From: an uncultured Gammaproteobacteria bacterium
GTDB lineage: Bacteria; Patescibacteriota; Patescibacteriia; Magasanikbacterales; GWA2-37-8
Direction of reading: 5' to 3'
DNA length: 64,000 nucleotides
NCBI GenBank assembly: GCA_964511375.1
Contig: CAZEEW010000001.1
Coordinates: forward strand, 70,512-134,511
Part shown: one piece after another, positions 29,139 through 36,650 of the stretch
Position numbering within the stretch: the first letter of the stretch is position 1
Layout: each line of letters begins with the position of its first letter
Notes under the pieces: model-generated
What the model was told of the DNA's origin: nothing
The model's input: only the letters and a program-made list of their open reading frames with translations
The model's database searches: none
Translations under genes and position numbers: made by a program

Positions 29139-30860
29139 CTATTCTTTAGTTACACGTAGTATTTCACTAATTGTGGTAATGCCAATTTTGGCTTTAATCA
29201 AGCCATCTTCTAACATTGTCAACATGCCGTGTTCGCGGGCATAATTTTTAATTTCCTCAGCGGTGCCACGATTGTTAATGATTTGGGTTAGTTTATCGTC
29301 GATTTCCAAAACTTCGTAAATACCTTGTCGTCCCTTATACCCAGTGTCGCCGCATCTTCGGCAGCCCGTGCCTTGGTAAAAAATCATACTGGCCAGGTTT
29401 TTTTCTTTTATCTTAATATCTCCGTATTTTGTAAATAGTTCTCCCATCTTTTTAACATCGAATATCTTCAAGAGGTCAGCAATCGCGGCTTTATCTAACT
29501 TGTATTCTTTTTTACAGTGTGGACAGATTTTTCTGACTAAACGTTGAGCAATAATAATGTTAGCGGTAAAGGCGACCAAGAAAGGCGGAACACCCATGTC
29601 TGTTAGGCGAGGTAGGGCGGTCGGTGCGTCATTTGTATGCAGTGTCGACAATACCAAGTGTCCAGTCATGGCCGAATGAATAGCGATCTCAGCAGTTTCT
29701 TCATCGCGGATTTCTCCGACCATGATAACATTCGGGTCCTGACGTAATAAGGAGCGCAAGCCTGAAGCAAAGGTAAATCCTACTTTGGGATTAATTTGGC
29801 TTTGGTTTACCCCAGCAACGCGGTACTCGATCGGGTCTTCGATGGTTGAAATGTTTACACCCGGTTGGTTTAAAATACCAAGAACAGAATACAAGGTTGT
29901 GGTTTTACCAGAACCAGTCGGACCGGTAACCAAGATCATGCCGTGCGGTTTCTTAATAGCGGATTCAACAATTTCTTTAATTTTTGGTAAAAACCCAAGC
30001 TGATCCAAAGTTAATGGTTTTGTTCCTTCATGTAGCAGGCGCATAACAATCTTTTCACCATCATATACTGGTAGAATAGACACACGAAAAGCCAACTTCT
30101 CATCCTGCACTTGTATTTTAAAGCGCCCGTCCTGTGGCACCATGTGCTCATCTAGCTTTAGATTAGCCAAAATCTTGATTCTTGCAATAATACCATTTTG
30201 AATCGCTTTTGGTAGGGTCATGACAGGTTTTAAGACGCCATCAATGCGGTAACGAATAGTCACCTCTTTTTCGCCAGGCTCCATGTGAATATCTGAAGCA
30301 TTTTCGTAAACTGCGTGCTCTAAAATACTATTCACGATATTTACTACTGGCAATTCTTCCGCTGCCTTTTTTAGGTCCTTGGCGTTTATCGTCCCAGTTG
30401 GGTCAGTAACAATTTTCAAATCATCTTCCAGCTCCGCATGATAACGGCGTAGAGCATCTTTGAGATCAGACGGTGTGGTAATAAACACGTTCGGTTCTAA
30501 TCCAGTTTTACGACGCAGGAATTCGATTGTTTGAATATCGGTCGGATCAGTCATGGCCAGTTTTAGTTCAGTCGCGTCTTTGTCAAAAGCAACAACCTGG
30601 TGAGTGCCAGCCAGAGGACCAGGAATAAGATTCAAAATTTCTTTTTTAATTTCTTTTCCTTTTAAACCAATAAATGGGAAATCCAAATACTTTCCAGCCT
30701 TTTCATAAAGCTCTTCTTCAGAAATTTCTCCTTCTGCAACCAGGGCGTCTTCCAACTCCTTATTTTGTTTTTCAGCTTTAGTAGATACCGAGCGTAAAGC
30801 CGAAGTAGAAATAAGTTTATACTTTTTAATAACTTCTTTTAGTGTGTCTGTAGGTAACAT
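29139..30860 (-). CDS. pilB: Type IV pilus assembly ATPase PilB (GspE family)
   Basis: Walker A GPTGSGKTTTLY, a tetracysteine motif (CPHC...CRRC), and a T2SSE N-terminal domain. Confidence 0.9.
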   Translation of the reverse strand: MLPTDTLKEVIKKYKLISTSALRSVSTKAEKQNKELEDALVAEGEISEEELYEKAGKYLDFPFIGLKGKEIKKEILNLIPGPLAGTHQVVAFDKDATELKLAMTDPTDIQTIEFLRRKTGLEPNVFITTPSDLKDALRRYHAELEDDLKIVTDPTGTINAKDLKKAAEELPVVNIVNSILEHAVYENASDIHMEPGEKEVTIRYRIDGVLKPVMTLPKAIQNGIIARIKILANLKLDEHMVPQDGRFKIQVQDEKLAFRVSILPVYDGEKIVMRLLHEGTKPLTLDQLGFLPKIKEIVESAIKKPHGMILVTGPTGSGKTTTLYSVLGILNQPGVNISTIEDPIEYRVAGVNQSQINPKVGFTFASGLRSLLRQDPNVIMVGEIRDEETAEIAIHSAMTGHLVLSTLHTNDAPTALPRLTDMGVPPFLVAFTANIIIAQRLVRKICPHCKKEYKLDKAAIADLLKIFDVKKMGELFTKYGDIKIKEKNLASMIFYQGTGCRRCGDTGYKGRQGIYEVLEIDDKLTQIINNRGTAEEIKNYAREHGMLTMLEDGLIKAKIGITTISEILRVTKE

Positions 30861-30933
30861 AAAAATCGCAAAATTTTTGCAATTTAATTATATCACATTA
30901 TAGAGTTATGATGAAGTAAGAAAAATATATTTG

Positions 30934-30942
30934 TGGTATACT
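30934..30942 (+). promoter_or_regulatory. Extended -10 element TGGTATACT driving island 1
   Basis: Same TGGTATA(A/C)T form as host promoters at 11952 and 40757(-). It ends 9 nt before the ATG at 30952. Confidence 0.4.
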
Positions 30943-30951
30943 CTAAGTGAG

Positions 30952-31285
30952 ATGCTGGCTCGGAGAGGAGGTGAGCGATGAGCCAGTTCAAGCGAGGTCT
31001 ACCACCCGACCTCAAAGCAATGGGTGGCCAGGTTTTCTGCCGGGAGCGGTTTGGTACAATCGTCGGTTACTCAACCGACGCCGCTCGAGGCAGACGGACT
31101 CTTCTTGTTCTCCAGGTCGTTCCTGGGTTCGGGGCGCAGGTGCTCCGGATTTCGGAGAATGACCACGATCTCTCGCGTGTGAGACTGGCGACGGCTTCGC
31201 CATGCTAGCCCCACGCGATAAGAAGGAGGCCTCGTGGCCTGCCTGATTCTCTTTGGCGCCGTTAAACACCTCGCGGCGCCCCTTC
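30952..31285 (+). other. GC-rich island 1 (foreign-composition cassette)
   Basis: Abrupt AT-to-GC switch at ATGCTGGCTCG. Contains an SD, a 76-aa ORF and G/C hairpins at 31227-31240 and 31255-31280. Confidence 0.8.
30978..31208 (+). CDS. Hypothetical 76-aa protein (island 1)
   Basis: A strong SD (GGAGAGGAGG) lies 6 nt upstream of the ATG. No family recognised. Confidence 0.55.
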   Translation: MSQFKRGLPPDLKAMGGQVFCRERFGTIVGYSTDAARGRRTLLVLQVVPGFGAQVLRISENDHDLSRVRLATASPC

Positions 31286-31288
31286 ATT

Positions 31289-31325
31289 AAAAAAAATAAT
31301 TAGCCGCCCTGATTTAAGAGCGGCT
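31289..31325 (-). terminator. Intrinsic terminator of the DNPH1-like gene
   Basis: On the minus strand: AGCCGC-N12-GCGGCT followed by a T-run (aattatttttttt). Confidence 0.7.
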
Positions 31326-31736
31326 ATTGTTAAATATTTGTTCAATCAGAACGGGTAAATTGTCTGGCGTGGCGTAAGTGAAAATCTCTACTTCCGTATT
31401 GCCCTTAATCATAGCGGATAATTTGTAGGTGTCCTTGCCTTGGTAAAGACAGACAACTCGTTTTTTTTCGTTCAAAGCCTGAGCTATTTCATATCCTACA
31501 CCCAAGCTTGGTGTGGTTACTTCAGCAATTACAACATTACTATTTAAAATGTTTTTCATTTCTCTGTCATGAATTTCCTCTTTACTTAGGTCGGTTTCCC
31601 CGTATACAGTAATATTTTCGTCAGCGACCTGAGCAGATAAAACTCGGCCGTATTTTTGTAGTTCCCCAACTATTGTTGCATATATTGGCAACATGGCCCG
31701 TCCGCCCCGTATCGAACCAGTAAAGAAGATGTTCAT
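31314..31736 (-). CDS. 2'-deoxynucleoside 5'-phosphate N-hydrolase (DNPH1/Rcl-like; nucleoside 2-deoxyribosyltransferase fold)
   Basis: FTGSIRGGR, VVIAEVTTPSLGVGYEIAQA and LSAMIKG match the recalled DNPH1 motifs FCGSIRGGR, VVVAEVTQPSLGVGYELG and LSAMIRG. Confidence 0.8.
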   Translation of the reverse strand: MNIFFTGSIRGGRAMLPIYATIVGELQKYGRVLSAQVADENITVYGETDLSKEEIHDREMKNILNSNVVIAEVTTPSLGVGYEIAQALNEKKRVVCLYQGKDTYKLSAMIKGNTEVEIFTYATPDNLPVLIEQIFNNSRS

Positions 31737-31747
31737 AAAACTTAATG

Positions 31748-32539
31748 TTAATATCTTGGCGTATTGCTTAATTCCCAGATAAATTGAAATAAATTAGATT
31801 GCATTGTAATCAGGTTTTGATCTTCCAGTAAGAGTATGATGGGTTCGCGTCCATCGTGAGTAACGTAAAGCATTTTGGAATTATAAAGGTAAATGTCTTG
31901 GGTGGCAATCTTAAGGTTGTTTGGCCCGAGACGATGCCAAGTATAGTCATTAAGCGGTTGCTTTCTTATCCATTCCAAACTAGCAGTGCTATTTTCCACT
32001 AAAATATTGAGCGGCAGACGCTTATTAAGCCTTCTGACTTCAAAATCTTCTTGCACTTCTAAGCCGGGAATTTTTGGCGTACCAATATGTTTGTAATAAT
32101 AAATTATCTTAGGGTTAGAGCGCAAGATGTCTTCTAAGGCTGATTGGTAACCATGAATACCTTGAAAGATCGATGTGTCCGGTCGTTTAGACGAAAGACG
32201 GTAAGCAGCTTTTAGTTCAGGAATAATCTCCTGGATAGTTAGAGTGGTGTTTTTGAATTCCTGCCCGCGTTTGTCTAGCAATTCATATAACCGGTCGGGG
32301 TTTTCCACAATATATTCTGTTCGCCAACCCGCCTTTTCTCGTGTAACAAGGCCGGCTTCTTGTAAATTGTTTAGAACATAATACAATATGGTACGCGGGA
32401 AAGGTGTGCGTACTTGTAGTTCTTGTACTGTGCTTTTGGGATGCGTCAATAATAAAGAGTAAAGCAGGGACTCATTCTCCCCCAGCCCTAAATTCCGCAG
32501 GGCCTCTACCACCCGACTTTTTGTTTGTTTTTTAGCCAT
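31748..32539 (-). CDS. TrmB-family transcriptional regulator (second copy)
   Basis: N-terminal winged HTH (ESLLYSLLLTHPKSTVQELQVRTPFPRTILYYVLNNLQEAGLV). Architecture is paralogous to 10939..11676. Confidence 0.7.
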   Translation of the reverse strand: MAKKQTKSRVVEALRNLGLGENESLLYSLLLTHPKSTVQELQVRTPFPRTILYYVLNNLQEAGLVTREKAGWRTEYIVENPDRLYELLDKRGQEFKNTTLTIQEIIPELKAAYRLSSKRPDTSIFQGIHGYQSALEDILRSNPKIIYYYKHIGTPKIPGLEVQEDFEVRRLNKRLPLNILVENSTASLEWIRKQPLNDYTWHRLGPNNLKIATQDIYLYNSKMLYVTHDGREPIILLLEDQNLITMQSNLFQFIWELSNTPRY

Positions 32540-32822
32540 ATGCGCTAGAATAACAGCTTTTTAATTATTTGTCAAATACATATTTACAATCTCATGCCTG
32601 GACTATTGCTAGGTATCCAAAAGTCTGCTATTATAAACGATCATCTTCAAAAAAAGAAGATGTTCAAATAATATTTACAAGCTCCTTAAAATTCGCAAAA
32701 AAGGCAAATTCAATCTGGCGAACCAACATTTTCTTTTAATTTTAGAAAAAAATGCTGGCTCGCCAGAAGGTCGTTCCTCACGGTGGGGGATGACTGGAAG
32801 GTAAGTTGGAAAGGAAAAAGAG

Positions 32823-33986
32823 ATGGAGTCGGTCCGTCTCTTGTCCTGGAGCTTCGTTCACGTGCTCCAGATGATTCTCAACCTCGCCCGGCGCGGCGGG
32901 GTCGACTTCTCCAACCCCGGTCTCCTCCGTGAGGCCCTGAACATCCGGGCCTGGGAGGCCCTCGACGAGTTGGGGCGCGACCCCAAACACTTGTGGCGGC
33001 TTACGCCGCCCCTGCACCAGGTTTACTCTCGGGCCCTGGCTTACGGAGCTGGGGACAGGTGTAGCCATAATCAGGTCTACATGGCAGCCGAACAAGCCAC
33101 CAGTCTCGCCGAGGTAGCACTCGGTGAGGTGGGGTACAGTTGGCTGTCGCGGCGTCAGGTTGCTGCTCAGCTGATCTACGCACTGGCGAATGAGATCCAG
33201 GGCGATCCGCACGCCCTGGACGCAGCCGAGCGTCAGTCCCGCTCCGAGGCCTTCCTCCGGGAGTTCTACGGGTGCGGGTGGGACGACCCCGACCCCGAGC
33301 TCCAGAAGGAAGTTGAGTACTACGAGCGCCAGCTCGGGGTGCTCTACTGCCTCAGGGCGATCGCGGTGCTCACCGAGCATCCCGAGCTCGACCTCGTCGA
33401 GCTGACCCGCCAGGGCCTCATGAAGTACGGGGTCGTGGACACCCGGGGCCGCCGGGTGTGCTACTGGTGCTCCGGTGCCCCCTGCGTCTGCGGTGGGCGG
33501 AAGGGCGGGATGAAGGCCCGCCGGCCGGAGATCACCTCCGACCTCGTCTGGGCCCGGGGACTGCCGGAGATGGACCAGCACATGGTCGTCTACGGCGTGT
33601 CTCGGAACTCGGCCATCAACGCCCTCGCGGGTGTGGTTCGCTCCCTGTCGGAGGACGGTGGGGAGTACGGATGGATCAACCTCATGTCCCGCTGTGGCGG
33701 GACGAACCGGGGAATCCAAGAGAGGCTCGGCTGCCTCTACCTCGGCAGCAGCCGGCACCCCCGCATGGCGGCCAAGAAGTTCGACGCCGAGGGCGTGCCT
33801 CTCATCGAGGGGCTCTACTCGGAGGCGGCGGACGCCGTCGTCTCCTGGCCCTGCCTCGTGACACAGGCCTTCGGTCTGCAGTTCACAAGGTCGGTCTTAC
33901 TCGGTCTCCAGCACATGGCCGATGGCGCCGGGGTCACGCTCGAGACCCCAGACGATCTGACCCGGACCATCCCGGTCCGCGAGTAG
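32823..33986 (+). CDS. Hypothetical 387-aa protein with Cys cluster CYWCSGAPCVC (island 2)
   Basis: Longest ORF of the island and G/C-dominated third positions in this frame. The other long ORFs here are off-frame or antisense shadows. No family recognised. Confidence 0.7.
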   Translation: MESVRLLSWSFVHVLQMILNLARRGGVDFSNPGLLREALNIRAWEALDELGRDPKHLWRLTPPLHQVYSRALAYGAGDRCSHNQVYMAAEQATSLAEVALGEVGYSWLSRRQVAAQLIYALANEIQGDPHALDAAERQSRSEAFLREFYGCGWDDPDPELQKEVEYYERQLGVLYCLRAIAVLTEHPELDLVELTRQGLMKYGVVDTRGRRVCYWCSGAPCVCGGRKGGMKARRPEITSDLVWARGLPEMDQHMVVYGVSRNSAINALAGVVRSLSEDGGEYGWINLMSRCGGTNRGIQERLGCLYLGSSRHPRMAAKKFDAEGVPLIEGLYSEAADAVVSWPCLVTQAFGLQFTRSVLLGLQHMADGAGVTLETPDDLTRTIPVRE

Positions 33987-34187
33987 TCGCCTCGCCGGCT
34001 GTCCTTCGGGGCGGTCGGTGGGCATGGTTTAGAGGTGGGGCGTTTCTCTTAGGGGAGACGCTTGCGCCTCCCCTATCCCAGTATTTCTTAATTCAAGGAA
34101 TGTTGAGATAGGAGGCTCGTAGACCGACGTGTTTTCGTTGGGCGCTCGGTTGAGCGCACGGCGAAACACCAAACAGAGGGAGGACAA

Positions 34188-34547
34188 ATGGTCCACAAGG
34201 ATCTCAGAATCGAGCTGGTGCTCGGCGGCGTCACTTTTATCATCGTTGGCTTCCTCGAGGCAGGCGAGGAAGTGATCACCGGTGATGAAATGAAGCGTCG
34301 GCTGGCGGCCCGCTCCTTGCGGCTCATCCACGGGGCGGATTTCGAGCACTTCTCTCGCTACCGCGAGGATTTGCCGAAAGAACTCCGACCTCACCTACTG
34401 GCCACAGACCAGTGTGCTCCAGAGTGCCAGAAAGAGACGACCGTCTTCGAGTTCTTCGAAGATGTGGAAGTGTGGCACTCGTTCTGGCACAACCTTTGCG
34501 GCCCGACATGGGGCCACAACGTCTTGGCGGTGTGCTGTTGTGTGTAG
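34188..34547 (+). CDS. Hypothetical 119-aa protein ending in CCCV (island 2)
   Basis: Strong SD AGAGGGAGGACAA-ATG and GC-rich codons. No family recognised. Confidence 0.6.
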   Translation: MVHKDLRIELVLGGVTFIIVGFLEAGEEVITGDEMKRRLAARSLRLIHGADFEHFSRYREDLPKELRPHLLATDQCAPECQKETTVFEFFEDVEVWHSFWHNLCGPTWGHNVLAVCCCV

Positions 34548-34555
34548 GAGGGAGC

Positions 34556-34585
34556 GGTGCCGGCGGGGGACCCCCCGCCGGCACC
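34556..34585 (+). terminator. G/C hairpin closing island 2
   Basis: GGTGCCGGCGGGGG-a-CCCCCGCCGGCACC. The T-run begins only 9 nt later, so this is not a canonical intrinsic terminator. Confidence 0.55.
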
Positions 34586-34691
34586 CGTAGTCCCTTTTAA
34601 TTTAAATCACTAGCGTTGTTTTATTATAACTTACCTCTTGATGTACTAAATAATTATTTGTGATATACTTCATTTATTCTAATTCTTAATT

Positions 34692-35315
34692 ATGACCCCC
34701 AACAAAATACAGGAGATCATCACGTTTTTAAATCGTGCTAATGAGCTAAAAGCTGTACCACGGTTCAGTGCTTCTTTAAAAGAAGGTGGAGATACAGTTG
34801 CCGAGCATTCTTGGCGACTAGCTCTCATGACATTTATCATCGCCCAAGAATGTAATTTAGATATCAATCTTGAGAAGGCTTTAGTTTTTTCGCTTTTGCA
34901 CGACTTGGCTGAAGCCAAAACCGGAGATATCGACGGGTATTTGGTCGCCACTCAAAAAGTATCTCTGAAAGATAAAGAAGCGGCTGAAGAAAATGCCATG
35001 CATGAAATGACCGATGATCTTTCCTTTGGTGAATGGATTTACCATATTTGGGAGGAATATGAAAAACAAGAGATAATTGAAGCTAAATTGGTTAAAGCTC
35101 TCGATAAAATTGAAGCCTACTTGCATATTATGGATACAGGCGTAGAGGCTTATATACCAACAGAGTTTCATGCCGACTATGCAGATAAAGCTGTGGCTGC
35201 TTTCGACGCCGCTACTTCTCATTTCCCCGAGCTTAAGGACTTATTAGAAGCTGTAAAAATCGCTTTAAGGGAAAAACTTGAGGCCCGAGGAGTTAGTTGG
35301 GAGAGCAAAGTCTAA
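34692..35315 (+). CDS. HD-domain phosphohydrolase (YfbR-like 5'-deoxynucleotidase)
   Basis: HSWRLALM ... LLHDLAEAKTGDI, the HD motif pattern of the YfbR family. Confidence 0.8.
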   Translation: MTPNKIQEIITFLNRANELKAVPRFSASLKEGGDTVAEHSWRLALMTFIIAQECNLDINLEKALVFSLLHDLAEAKTGDIDGYLVATQKVSLKDKEAAEENAMHEMTDDLSFGEWIYHIWEEYEKQEIIEAKLVKALDKIEAYLHIMDTGVEAYIPTEFHADYADKAVAAFDAATSHFPELKDLLEAVKIALREKLEARGVSWESKV

Positions 35316-35325
35316 ATATAATTTT

Positions 35326-35901
35326 ATGGCAAATTCGGAAATAGAAATCAAAGTTAATATTGAAAACATGGATAATTTAACAAAGTTTTTAGAAGAAAAT
35401 GCCATGTTTAAATTGTCCACCCGTCAGATTGATGAATACTTTAATGCCCCAGATAGAGATTTTTTGGCTATCCGTCCGGTTACTGAATGGTTGCGTCTTC
35501 GGCAGACCAGAGAGGCGGTTCTGATAACTTACAAAAAGGCGCACTATACTACGGAGGGGAAGCTGAATTTCCGTGACGAGTTTGAAACTATAGTTGGTGA
35601 CATCGATCAAGCCAGAAAAATTCTTTTGTCTCTTGGTTATACTCCATTGGTTACAGTTAACAAAGTTCGCAAAATCTGGCGTTACCAGGAGTATGAAGTA
35701 GCCCTAGATGAAGTACAGGGATTAGGGATATTTGTAGAAATTGAGTATAAAGGTGAAGACCCAAGCAACCCAAAGTTAATCACTGACCAAATGATTGAGT
35801 TTTTACGGAAAGTTGATTGTGGAGAGATCAAACGGCACCACTCTGGTTACCCTTACATTATGCTTCTTCCTAGTGAGGCGCGTTACGATGTTATAACATA
35901 A
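35326..35901 (+). CDS. CYTH-domain protein (class IV adenylate cyclase/triphosphate tunnel enzyme)
   Basis: N-terminal EIEIKVNI (ExExK) motif and about 190 aa. The ATG at 35326 is preferred over the TTG at 35278, which overlaps the upstream gene. Confidence 0.8.
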   Translation: MANSEIEIKVNIENMDNLTKFLEENAMFKLSTRQIDEYFNAPDRDFLAIRPVTEWLRLRQTREAVLITYKKAHYTTEGKLNFRDEFETIVGDIDQARKILLSLGYTPLVTVNKVRKIWRYQEYEVALDEVQGLGIFVEIEYKGEDPSNPKLITDQMIEFLRKVDCGEIKRHHSGYPYIMLLPSEARYDVIT

Positions 35902-35913
35902 GTTTAGTAAACA

Positions 35914-35938
35914 AAATCCCGGCTATTAGCCGGGATTT
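35914..35938. terminator. Bidirectional terminator between CYTH and SOD genes
   Basis: AAATCCCGGCT-att-AGCCGGGATTT, flanked by A- and T-runs. Confidence 0.85.
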
Positions 35939-35942
35939 AAGT

Positions 35943-36524
35943 TTAAAATAACTTTAGTACTTTCCACCAGTTTTCTATATAATCTTGCCTTCGGTTTTGG
36001 TATTTTAGGTAATAGGCATGTTCCCAGAGGTCGAGTCCTATAATGGGTGTGTGGCCAAGGGAAAGAGGTGAATCCTGATTAGGCAAAGAATACATTTTTA
36101 ATTTGTCATTTTCGTCACGCACCAACCAACTCCAACCGCTGCCGAAATGAGCAAGAGAAAGTTTGTTAAACTCTTCCTTAAAATTGTCCAAAGAACCCCA
36201 AGTCTCTTCAATTTTTTTAACTAACATTTCGTCAGTTTGCTTTTCTGGCCCCATGATGAGCCAATACAGGTTGTGATTAACAAACCCACCGCCATTATTT
36301 CTTATCTTCACTCGATCTCCCTCATCGACAGAAACATTTTTAATATCTGTGAGTATTTCTTCCGCCGTTTTTTCTGTTAGTTCTGAATATTTATTAACAA
36401 GTTCTTGGAAATTATCTAAATACTTTTGATGGTGCTTGGTATAATGTACCTCCATAGTTTTAGCATCAATGTACGGCTCAAGCGCATTATAACTATATGG
36501 TAATAGTACTAAAGAGTGTTGCAT
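35943..36524 (-). CDS. sodA: Fe/Mn superoxide dismutase
   Basis: HYTKHHQKYL and DLWEHAYYLKYQNRR signatures. The metal specificity is not determinable here. Confidence 0.92.
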   Translation of the reverse strand: MQHSLVLLPYSYNALEPYIDAKTMEVHYTKHHQKYLDNFQELVNKYSELTEKTAEEILTDIKNVSVDEGDRVKIRNNGGGFVNHNLYWLIMGPEKQTDEMLVKKIEETWGSLDNFKEEFNKLSLAHFGSGWSWLVRDENDKLKMYSLPNQDSPLSLGHTPIIGLDLWEHAYYLKYQNRRQDYIENWWKVLKLF

Positions 36525-36611
36525 AAATGTATTCTTAGTAAATTTTAAATAGTATACATATTTAGTATGAATCTATCATAATGCAAAAGTGAAGCGAAGT
36601 CAAATATGTTT

Positions 36612-36645
36612 GTCATAAAGAAAACCCACGCTCTTAGCGTGGGTT
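36612..36645 (-). terminator. Intrinsic terminator after recA
   Basis: AACCCACGC-N6-GCGTGGGTT followed on the minus strand by TTTTCTTT. Confidence 0.85.
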
Positions 36646-36650
36646 AAAGT

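Larger units (their letters stand above)
32752..34590 (+). other. GC-rich island 2 (two-gene foreign-composition cassette)
   Basis: Starts with the same 11-mer ATGCTGGCTCG as island 1. G+C is 40/60 at 33001-33060 against 21/60 at 32581-32640 (hand counts). Ends in a 14-bp G/C hairpin. Confidence 0.85.

Noticed and set aside
32642-32662. Inverted repeat CATCTTC-A7-GAAGATG upstream of the second TrmB-like gene, considered as an autoregulatory operator.
   Set aside because: It is a short, single occurrence with no related sequence near the first TrmB-like gene. The evidence is insufficient to call it a binding site.
30952-32752. The exact 1800-bp spacing between the two ATGCTGGCTCG copies.
   Set aside because: The spacing is noted as an observation, but I see no mechanism that would require a round number. 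I treat it as coincidence unless more copies show regular spacing.
32778-34111. Long alternative ORFs inside island 2: 326 aa on the minus strand (32778-33758), 217 aa in another plus frame (33458-34111), and several ORFs of 60-121 aa.
   Set aside because: High-GC coding DNA suppresses stop codons in off-frames. These translations are Arg/Pro/Gly/Ala-biased and lack SD motifs. The 387-aa frame is the one whose third positions are G/C-dominated.
30952-34590. The idea that the GC-rich islands are large structured ncRNAs standing out in an AT-rich genome (RNase P RNA, tmRNA, SRP RNA, group II intron, OLE/GOLLD-like).
   Set aside because: I found no signature strings: no GAGGAAAGUCC-type RNase P core, no tRNA-like tmRNA end or tag ORF, and no SRP GGAA/AGCA motif. 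There is also no intron-encoded RT. The SD-plus-ATG arrangements and codon-position bias favour protein coding. Structured leader and spacer RNA elements within the islands remain possible.
32734-34603. A 9-bp direct repeat TTTTAATTT on both sides of island 2 (32734-32742 and 34595-34603), considered as a target-site duplication.
   Set aside because: It consists only of A and T in an AT-rich background, so it is easily produced by chance. Neither copy abuts the composition boundary. No comparable repeats flank the other islands.
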